DNA of 9,302 nt from Octopus sinensis (GCF_006345805.1 NW_021828025.1:1-9302); one strand, 5' to 3'. Shown: positions 1 to 7,890, counted from the first letter of the stretch. Numbers and translations are program-made. The notes: generated from the sequence alone by a model not told the origin.

Positions 1-6
1 ATATAA

Positions 7-57
7 TCGAATAAAACCACTGAAAGCTGTGCCCCAGCATGGCCGCAGTAAAAGAGA
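7..57 (+). mobile_element. 3' remnant of SINE family A
   Basis: ctgtgccccagcatggccgcagtaaaagag matches the 3' end of the full copy at 4794-5192 (gtgctccagcatggctgcagt...gtaaaagag), with the caaatgactgaaacaa segment missing. Confidence 0.7.
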
Positions 58-99
58 AATCCTTGAGAGGCTTCTCGGTGATGGTATCGATTTGGATAT

Positions 100-227
100 A
101 TGTACAAGCTTGTGTGCACGCGCGCGCGTGTGCATGTGCGCGAAGCGCGTTCATTCATATGTATATATATGTATGTATATATATATATATATATATATAT
201 TTATACTGTACGTGTGTTTTCCATATA

Positions 228-269
<42 letters not shown>

Positions 270-610
270 ATATATATATATGTATATATACATATGTATA
301 TATATCTATATGTATATATATGGGTTTATACAGTACGTGTGTATACATATATACATATATACATATACATATGTATATACATACATATGTATATATATCT
401 ATATACAGATATATATGTATATATGTATATATGTATATATATATGTATATATATGTATATATATATAGGTGTGTGTGTGTGTATTACACACGTACAGTAT
501 ACTTAATGTATATCGCATATAATATAACAGTAGAATAATACATACACACACACATACATACATACACGCACGCACACTCATATCTACATGAAATATACAT
601 ACACACGTAC
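100..610. repeat. Compound dinucleotide microsatellite block: (TG/CG)n, interrupted (TA)n, (TG)n, (CA/CATA)n
   Basis: Directly visible; accounts for the I/Y-rich ORFs at 29-581. Confidence 0.97.
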
Positions 611-1066
611 ATTAAACAGGTAGCCAAATTGATTGATTGATGAAATTAATAAAAGCAAGCCGATCGATGGATTGACAATATTGATCGGACGATCGAACGA
701 TAAGATAGATAGGCGGGTAAACAACAAGATAGATGCATCAAACGATAAATACGAGAAAGGATGTTTAACGCAGAAGTAGAATGGATTTAGGCGCAGGCAC
801 GGCGTGTATTAAAGCCGGATGTTGCTGTCGATGGCGCAGAAGATTATCGGCCTATATTATCGAATTGCACTACGCACCATATATAGTAACGTATATTGGA
901 GACTCCTTATAAAACAGCTAGCCTCTTTGATGAGTATTTTCCATTATCGATCAAGCCAGTCTGTGATATCACACAATGTGCACTTGATTCAATCTTCTTA
1001 ACAGTATGCTACGCCATATCGACGTAATAGATGAGCCTTCTACGCTGTCGCATTAACCCGCTAGAA

Positions 1067-2058
1067 ATAGCAACTAAATCGTCGTGAAATTATCCTGATA
1101 CCGTCTTAAAAGCGAAGTCGGACATTGCGTGATGTATTGCTAGATAGGCAATACCAAAATCAAACGGGATGGGCTTGCCTGGAACGCTTTTTTAGTGAAA
1201 GGTCCACTTGACCAGAATGGCATCAACAATACTTATGTACTCTTTTTAATGAGTACGTACTCTAAATCTCAGCGTTGTTTTGTACTCAAGATTAATGTAC
1301 TCAAGATTAATAGCAACTAAATCGTCGTGAAATTATCCTAATACCGTCTAAAAGCGAATTCGGACATGGGTGTGTATTGCTAGATAGGCAATACCAAAAT
1401 CAAAACAAACGGGAGGGCTTGCCTGGAACGCCTTTTTAATGAAAGGTCCACTTGACCAGAATGGCATCAACAATACTTATGTACTCTTTTTAATGAGTAC
1501 GTACTCTAAATCTCAGCGTTGTTTTGTACTCAAGATTAATATACTCAAGATTAATAGCAACTAAATCGTCGTGAAATTATCCTAATACCGTCTTAAAAGC
1601 GAAGTCGGACATTGCGTGATGTATTGCTAGATAGGCAATACCAAAATCAAACGGGATGGGCTTGCCTGGAACGCCTTTTTAGTGAAAGGTCCACTTGACC
1701 AGAATGGCATCAACAATACTTATGTACTCTTTTTAATGAGTACGTACTCTAAATCTCAGCGTTGTTTTGTACTCAAGATTAATGTACTCAGATTAATGTA
1801 CTCAAGATTAATGTACTCAAGATTAATAGCAACTAAATCGTCGTGAAATTATCCTAATACCGTCTTAAAAGCGAAGTCGGACATTGGGTGATGTATTGCT
1901 AGATAGGCAATACCAAAATCAAACGGGATGGGCTTGCCTGGAACGCTTTTTTAGTGAAAGGTCCACTTGACCAGAATGGCATCAACAATACTTATGTACT
2001 CTTTTTAATGAGTACGTACTCTAAATCTCAGCGTTGTTTTGTACTCAAAATTAATGTA
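1067..2058. repeat. Tandem array of four ~243-bp units (minisatellite/satellite)
   Basis: Units start with atagcaactaaatcgtcgtgaaattatcc at 1067, 1310, 1554 and 1826 (lengths 243, 244, 272, 233) and are near-identical. Each ends in 1-4 copies of tgtactcaagattaa. Confidence 0.97.
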
Positions 2059-2219
2059 ACAGTTAGTAATGCTTGAATAGTTTTTTCTTTACTGAACTGT
2101 ATCATAGCTTTCCTTGTGTATCGCGGGTGTTTGATTAAAAAAAACAACAACAACAAAACACCGTGTTAAATGAACCAGTGATAAATGAATAGAAAATATG
2201 GGGAAATGTGTTTACACAC

Positions 2220-2267
2220 GACCAAAACCTTGATAGCGGATTTGGTAGATGCGACTGAAGAGATTCC

Positions 2268-2301
<34 letters not shown>

Positions 2302-2514
2302 CGTTTTCTTTTTCTGTCCTCCACCACCACTCCTTGGCAATCTGTGTTAGTTTGTTTACATTTCCATAACTTAACCTTTCGGCAAAAAAGGGCGATAAAA
2401 TAAGTCCAAGACTTTTAAAATATATGTACAAGGAACTATTTGTTCGACGAAACCCTTCAAGACGGTGCTCCAGCATGACCACAATCCAGTGACGAAGACA
2501 ATAAGAGAATAAGA
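2220..2514 (+). mobile_element. Old, diverged, 5'-truncated SINE family A copy with internal (TG)n
   Basis: Colinear with 4794-5192: gaccaaaaccttg..ggatttggtaga, dinucleotide tract, ttcggcaaaa..gataaaataagt, ggtgctccagcatg, A-rich tail. Many substitutions. Confidence 0.8.
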
Positions 2515-3188
2515 AATATATAAAATGTCATTAACTTCCCATCAATCTTAAACACCGGAAGTCTTTTTATGTCTCTTTTCTTCTAATTTCATTTATTATT
2601 TCGTGGGTTTTCCCCAAAAGCTCTAATAATCTCTTCATTGAGTAATCGATCTACTTCCTCAACTTTCCCTTCTGAGTATCTTCTCGATCACGCATCGGAG
2701 TCTCTCTGTAGAGATTCCAATATTTAGTTACTTCCCCGTTTGGGGGTCAACTCATTCCCTTTCCCTTTCCAATATTCAACTGCTCGTGTTTGTTCCATTG
2801 GTTCCTATTCCCCCGCCCCTACCATCTTTTTTTTTTTTTATCGTTCTTCTTTCCAAAACACCTTTGGTTGCGTTCTGGTATACTCCCTTTACATTATTCT
2901 TCGTGTCATTGATCTCTTACCCCTCCATCCATTCATTTTCCCACCTATATTCCTGGGAGGGTCTTGTGGGTACCGTCCTTAGGCAGCGCCTTTATATGGT
3001 CATTACTCATTCCCGGCTGAATTTCCGAGCGTCACCAACTTTTACTATGGATACTATTCAACTATCTCATTCTTGGTATACCTCTACGATTCCCGCTGTT
3101 TGGTTCGGCTTGAAGAATCCGTCTTGCGATTCTTTCCTGCGATATTTACTCACATGTCCGTAGTACCACTCAGCAGCGTCAAGATATA

Positions 3189-3741
3189 TTGGGCTGTCCA
3201 GAAAGTTCGTGCCGATTTTTAAAGGAAAGAAAAAGGTCAATAAATACTTGCTATTACATTTTTAATCAACCAAATATGAACCATTTTGTTGCACAATGCG
3301 TCTCCATCTTTCCTTTAACTTGAAAATACCCTCTTCCAAGAATTGAGGTGGTTTCATGGCAGAGAATTCATTACGTCATCCAAGGAATTGAAATTTTTAC
3401 CATTAAGACTATTCTGCAGAGACCTGAATAAGTGGAAATCCGAAGGAGCAATATCTGATGAATATGGAGGGTGGGGTAACACATCCCAGCCGAGCTGCAG
3501 CAATTTTTGTCTGGTTCCCAAAGCATCAAGTGCCAAAAATGAACTTTATTATCTCCCAATTTAAAGGGTTAAAGAATTAACACAGGTTATAGGAACATAA
3601 ACCTTCTTCCACGAAAAGATAGCTTAAACTGTGCTCTAAATGGAGGTGTAGTCAAATCCTATTTTATGAACTCAACCATGTTCTAAAATAAGTCGATAGG
3701 TAAGCTACTATAAATCGGCACGAACTTTCCGGACAACCCAA
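3189..3741 (-). mobile_element. Non-autonomous, internally deleted mariner (Tc1/mariner) DNA transposon, 553 bp
   Basis: 30-bp TIRs: ttgggctgtccagaaagttcgtgccgattt (3189-3218) and aaatcggcacgaactttccggacaacccaa (3712-3741), 2 mismatches. TA on both sides (3187-3188, 3742-3743). Transposase remnants inside. Confidence 0.96.
3262..3559 (-). pseudogene. Mariner transposase remnant (N-terminal ~15 codons fused to the C-terminal part, frameshifted)
   Basis: 3559-3515 (L)GDNKVHFWHLMLWE resembles a mariner N-terminus. 3515-3372 TRQKLLQLGWDVLPHPPYSSDIAPSDFHLFRSLQNSLNGKNFNSLDDV carries the YSPDLAPSD-type motif with the third catalytic Asp. After a frameshift, 3369-3262 EFSAMKPPQFLEEGIFKLKERWRRIVQQNGSYLVD* is a typical mariner C-terminus. 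Confidence 0.93.
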
Positions 3742-4232
3742 TATAAATAAATTTCGATATTCAGAATACAAATTTATTCACCTTTAAGTGTATCTCTACA
3801 GATTTTCAATAGAGTTTTTTTTTTTTTTAATTATATAAATAATACAACCTGTTTGTCATGTTCTCTACTTATGCTAATACCTAGTATAGTTCTTGCTTCT
3901 TAACATATGTTCACAATTTCCGTATTTTGAGCATGGCAAAGGTTTATTTTCTGTTTGTTGAGCTACGTTTAAAGAGAGATTTATGTTACATCCGACTGGT
4001 TTGTGTAGTGGAAGGGGGATGAAGGAAAAGACGCTTCTTCTGCATTACACCGAGTTTTCGTTGAATAAGTGAATAGAGAAGAGGGTGGGAAAAGCATTTC
4101 GCTATTAACTTTATGAGAGAGAGCGTGGTTTCGAGAAAAGGAGATCTTGTGTTACGTCCGCTTCTTGAGTTAATCTGAGGAAGGGAATAAACAACACGCA
4201 CAAGCGTGCGCGTGGGTGTGTTTCTTGGGGTT

Positions 4233-4473
4233 CTCTTTTACTCTTTTACTTGTTTCAATCATTTGACTGCGGCCATGCTGGAGCACCGCCTTTAGTCGAG
4301 CAAATCACCCCCAGGGCTTATTCTTTGTAAGCCTAGTGCTTATTCTATCGGTCTCTTTTGCCGAACCACTAGGTTACGAGGACGTAAATACATCAACATC
4401 GGTTGTCAAGCGATGTTGGGGGGACAAACACAGACACACACACACACATGCATATATATATATATAATATTAT

Positions 4474-4506
<33 letters not shown>

Positions 4507-4667
4507 CACGACGGGCTTCTTTCAGTTTCCGTCTACCAAATCCACTCATAAGGCTTTAGTCGGCCCGAGGCTATAGTAGAAGACACTTGCCCAAGGTGCC
4601 ACGCAGTGGGCTGAACCCGGAACCATGTGGTTCGTAAGCAAGCTACTTACCACACAGCTACTCCTGC
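4233..4667 (-). mobile_element. Near-full-length tRNA-derived SINE family A
   Basis: Reverse complement aligns end to end with 4794-5192. It has a head with A/B-box-like motifs, a central TA/CA microsatellite (~4435-4508) and a (GTAAAAGA)2 tail. Confidence 0.93.
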
Positions 4668-4708
4668 TAAACAGATTTAGAAAAAAAATATTTTCCGTTC
4701 CGACTAAA

Positions 4709-4745
4709 GAGTTCAAATTCCGCTGGGGTCAGCTTTTAACCCTTC
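4709..4745 (+). mobile_element. Short decayed fragment of SINE family B
   Basis: gagttcaaattccgctggggtc resembles gagttcaaattccgccgaggtc at 5835-5856; similarity fades afterwards. Confidence 0.5.
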
Positions 4746-4793
4746 TCTGCATCGGTTAATTTTGAAAATATTGAAGAAATTACTGTAGTAATA

Positions 4794-5192
4794 GGCGCAA
4801 GAGTGGCTGTGTGGTAAGTAGCTTGTTTACCAACCACATGGTTCCGGGTTCAGTCCCACTGCGTGGCACCTTGGACAAGTGTCTTCTACTATAGCCTCGG
4901 GCGACCAAAGCCTTGTGAGTGGATTTGGTAGACGGAAACTTGAAAGAAGCCCGTCGTATATATATGTATGTATGTGTGTGTGTTTTTGTGTGTCTGTGTT
5001 TGTCCCCGCAACATCGCATGACAACCGATGTTGGTGTGTTTATGTCCCCGTCACTTATCGGTTCGGCAAAAGAGACCGATAGAATAAGTACTGGGATTAC
5101 AAAAAAGAATAAGTCCCGGGGTCGAGTTGCTCGATTAAAGGCAGTGCTCCAGCATGGCTGCAGTCAAATGACTGAAACAAGTAAAAGAGAGT
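4794..5192 (+). mobile_element. Full-length tRNA-derived SINE family A (possibly CORE-type, octopus OR-like)
   Basis: Pol III A-box-like tggctgtgtgg (4804-4814) and B-box-like ggttcagtccc (4847-4857). The following caccttggacaagtgtctt resembles the CORE-domain start as I recall it. Central (TA)(TG) tract and gtaaaagag tail. The family name is unverified recollection. Confidence 0.92.
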
Positions 5193-5571
5193 AATTTCGT
5201 CGTTATTAAACAAACAAAAAATTTTGATGAAAGGTTTTGATTTAGATTGCATTAAAACAGGAAGTTCTATTATCATAGAAATAGGGCAGTGTTCGGCGGG
5301 TTGGTATTAAGAGAGTTAAAGTAACTGAGGCACCAGACAGATTTTGTAGAGTAATAAATAATCCAAAAGAAAAACCTTGTTTTTGACATGTTCATAACGT
5401 ATTCAGCTGTGATAAAGACTTGCTGATTAGAAGCAGAGTGAGCTGCTGTCTCTGCACAATCATCACATATTCTGCTGGCTTATATTTATTTTCTTTTATT
5501 TTGTGCTTTAAGATCTTGGAATTACTGTTAAACTAAGTTCTGCTAATGAGGTCTCATAAGGCTGAAACACG

Positions 5572-5967
5572 GCAAGCTGGCGGCGAGCTGGCAGAATCGT
5601 TAGCACGCCGGGCGAAATGCTTAGCGGTATTTCGTCTGCTGTTACGTTCAGAGTTCAAATTTCGCCGAGGTCGACTTTGCCTTTCATCCTTTCGGGGTCG
5701 ATAGATTAAGTACCAGTTACGCACTGGGGTCGATGTAATCGACTTAATCTGTTTATCTGTCCTTGTTCATCCCCTCTGTGTTTAGCCCCTTGTGGGTAAT
5801 AAAGAAATAGGTATTTCGTCTGCTGTTACGTTCTGAGTTCAAATTCCGCCGAGGTCGACTTTGCCTTTCATTCTTTCGGGATCGATTAAATAAGTACCAG
5901 TTACGCACTGGGGTCGATGTAATCGACTTAATCCGTTTGTCCCTTGAGGGCAACAAAGAAATAAGAA
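5572..5967 (+). mobile_element. tRNA-derived SINE family B, head + body + second partial body, with 16-bp TSD
   Basis: ataaggctgaaacacg at 5556-5571 and 5968-5983 (perfect direct repeat). A-box-like tggcagaatcg near 5589; B-box-like gagttcaaatt at 5651 and 5835. Segment 5626-5809 is repeated at 5810-5967 with an internal deletion. Confidence 0.92.
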
Positions 5968-6150
5968 ATAAGGCTGAAACACGTTCAGAGTTACGGTACT
6001 CAGGGGGCGTTTTAATATCATTATAGCCCCCGTTCCCGACACAGCAATGTATTGGGGCCATCACACACACACAACAACAGCATGTATAGATCCGCAATTG
6101 GCCCCTTAGATCCGATGACTCCGAGCGGTTCTCCTGTGTGCCCACAACAA

Positions 6151-6289
6151 GCTTCATTCAGTTCCCGTCCACCAAATTTGACCACAAGGCAGTGGTTGGT
6201 CTGAGGCTATAGTTGAAGACACATACCCAAGGTGCCACCACGCGGCGGGACTGAACCCGGAACCATGGAAAATGGCTTACTTAATACAC
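6151..6289 (-). mobile_element. Decayed 5' half of SINE family A
   Basis: gcttcattcagttcccgtccaccaaat..gaggctatagttgaagacac..ccaaggtgcc..gggactgaacccggaaccatg is colinear with 4515-4630. Confidence 0.82.
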
Positions 6290-6556
6290 GCAAGCAACAC
6301 AAAAGGCAATGGCTGAATGAATGCTACTGAAGTAGATCGAAATTTGCAATTGTTCAGAGTTTGTTTGTTTGTTTGTGAGCGTGTTGTTGTTATTTAGTAT
6401 TTTATGACTATTTTGTTTGTTTGTTTATTTGTTTATATTTTCTCTAATTGCACTTAAAGATATCGTCTGTCTCTCAAACGGATGTTAACAATATCACATG
6501 ATCGAATTTATGTTAATTAATCGATTTCACTTCTAGGGAAAAGCCGACGACCGAAT

Positions 6557-6682
6557 GAGTAGCAGTAATAGTACGGCGGTAGTGGTGGTGGTGGTGGTGG
6601 TGGTGGTGGTGGTGCTGGCGGTGGCGGTGGCGGCGGCGACGGCGGCAGGAGGAGGAGGAATAGTGGGAGTAATAGTAGTAGT
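6557..6682. repeat. Compound trinucleotide microsatellite (GTA/GTG/GCG/GGA), including (GTG)11 at 6582-6614
   Basis: Directly visible; source of the poly-V/A/G and poly-H/R ORFs. Confidence 0.93.
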
Positions 6683-6744
6683 GTCCAATGCGCTTGCGAT
6701 GGTTACGGAAATTGTGGGCGTTTTTCTGCATTCCTCCTAAGGAG

Positions 6745-6802
6745 TAATAATAATAATAATAATAATAATGAATAATAATAATAATAATAATAATAATTAT
6801 TA

Positions 6803-6845
<43 letters not shown>

Positions 6846-6857
6846 GTTATTATTATT
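6745..6857. repeat. (TAA)n immediately followed by (TTA)n: AT-rich quasi-palindrome
   Basis: TAA tract 6745-6796, TTA tract 6797-6857, centre aatt at 6795-6798. Confidence 0.95.
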
Positions 6858-6858
6858 T

Positions 6859-6985
6859 TGCATATTGCGTAAAGTACTGTCTGTCTGAGGTCCTTGTTGT
6901 GAGTGGATGAACAGTACAAACCCCCGGTAGACAGAATATCTTCAGTCAACAACCTCACGATATTGTATACTGCGCGACGTCTGTG
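6859..6985 (+). mobile_element. Extremely 5'-truncated R4/Dong-like non-LTR retrotransposon 3' end (fragment A)
   Basis: 6862-6888 reads ata ttg cgt aaa gta ctg tct gtc tga = ILRKVLSV*. This matches the terminal LLGTA(H/R)ILRKVLS-type motif I recall for R4-clade REL ORFs. About 100 nt of putative 3' UTR runs directly into (TAA)n. Only 8 codons support the call. Confidence 0.62.
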
Positions 6986-7057
6986 ATAATAATAATAATA
7001 ATAATAATAATATAATAATAATAATAATGATAATAATAATGATAATAATAATAATAA

Positions 7058-7093
<36 letters not shown>

Positions 7094-7124
7094 TAATAAT
7101 AATGATAATAATAATATAATAATG

Positions 7125-7177
<53 letters not shown>

Positions 7178-7182
7178 TAATA
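6986..7182. repeat. Long interrupted (TAA)n microsatellite
   Basis: Directly visible, with TGA variants and occasional 1-nt slips. Confidence 0.97.
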
Positions 7183-7456
7183 ATCCCAGGCTTACCATCC
7201 TGCAGAAGTGCAAGAGATTGTCTTAACTGGTACATCACACGTATGAGAAGAGCATTGTCGATGTGAGAACTATTACTACCCTGGTATTTTAATTTAACTT
7301 TATTCCTATCAAAAAAAAAAAAAGAAAAAGAACGAACCAGTGATTTTAGTTTAATGGCCTACCAAGTATACAACAATGAGTTTCTTTGCCCTAGGAGTCG
7401 GGAAGAACACCGGCAAGAAATGGAAGCAAATTTGAAAGAAGAAGAAAAACCCATAA
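7183..7456 (+). mobile_element. 5'-truncated R4/Dong-like non-LTR retrotransposon 3' end (fragment B, different family)
   Basis: IPGLPS (7183-7200), EVQEIVLTGTSHV (7205-7243) and RRALSM* (7246-7266) across two small frameshifts reconstruct IPGLPS..EVQEIVLTGTSHV(L)RRALSM*, an R4-clade-type C-terminus. Followed by ~190 nt of putative 3' UTR ending in (TAA)n. Confidence 0.72.
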
Positions 7457-7490
7457 ATAATAATAATAATAATGATAATAGTAATAATAA
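7457..7490. repeat. (TAA)n tract at the 3' end of Dong-like fragment B
   Basis: Directly visible. Confidence 0.9.
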
Positions 7491-7766
7491 CGGTTTTTGT
7501 TCTAGGTTTCCGTAATTATATGTAGACATCACAAAATAAGAAAGTAGTTAGCCGAAGGCTAACTCTGAAACTCGTTGAACTGGTTTGCTATATTTAGCGC
7601 AGCAACTTTTTTTAAGACGGAAGTAATTTGACTAAACTTGGAGGAAGACTTCTTTCCCTCATTGCATAACAGAGAGAAAATCCTTATTTTCTTTTGAGAT
7701 GACAGCAGAAGCTCTTTGAAATATAAGGTGGTGGTGGTGTACGAATGCTGATAAGAGTGCATCCAC

Positions 7767-7890
7767 ATAAGTACTAGGCTTTAAAACCAATAATAAGTCC
7801 TGGGGTTGATTTGTTCGACTTAAAAACTTTCGAGGCAGTGCTTCAGCATGGCCGCAGTCAAATAATTGAAACAAGTAGAAGAATAAAAGA
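7767..7890 (+). mobile_element. 3' part of SINE family A
   Basis: ataagtactaggct..aataagtcctggggttgatttgttcgact..gcagtgcttcagcatggccgcagtcaaa..gaaacaagta aligns to 5083-5190. Confidence 0.87.

Noticed and set aside
29-581. Four long ORFs rich in I/Y/C/V
   Set aside because: Translations of TA/TG/CA microsatellites, which lack stop codons in several frames.
789-815. ggcgcaggcacggcgtgt resembling the start of SINE family A
   Set aside because: Similarity ends after ~20 nt and there is no B box, so it is too weak to call.
1067-2058. CRISPR array or ribozyme-bearing retrozyme interpretation of the tandem array
   Set aside because: There are no unique spacers (whole units repeat) and no cas genes, and the context is eukaryotic. 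I found no hammerhead core (CTGANGA plus GAAA with flanking stems) on either strand of the unit.
2697-2718. 9-bp hairpin ggagtctct-ctgt-agagattcc
   Set aside because: An isolated short stem is expected by chance in 9 kb, and there is no supporting context.
4794-4865. tRNA gene call for SINE heads (also 5579-5665 and 8185-8250)
   Set aside because: A/B-box-like motifs are present, but I could not build a cloverleaf, and each head continues into a SINE body.
4780-5194. ORFs of 65-91 aa overlapping the SINE, and similar ones at 2135-2482, 5753-6157, 7659-7928 and 8521-8847
   Set aside because: They lie within or antisense to multi-copy SINE sequence, with no recognisable domain.
4787-5195. Possible 6-bp TSD agtaat (4787-4792, 5190-5195) around the plus-strand SINE
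   Set aside because: Short, AT-rich and overlapping the tail repeat, so it could be chance.
6513-7238. Poly-N/I/Y/L/V/H ORFs
   Set aside because: Trinucleotide microsatellite translations.
7607-7633. ttttaagacgg..taattt matching the reverse complement of part of the array unit
   Set aside because: Only an 11-bp exact match, insufficient without a database search.
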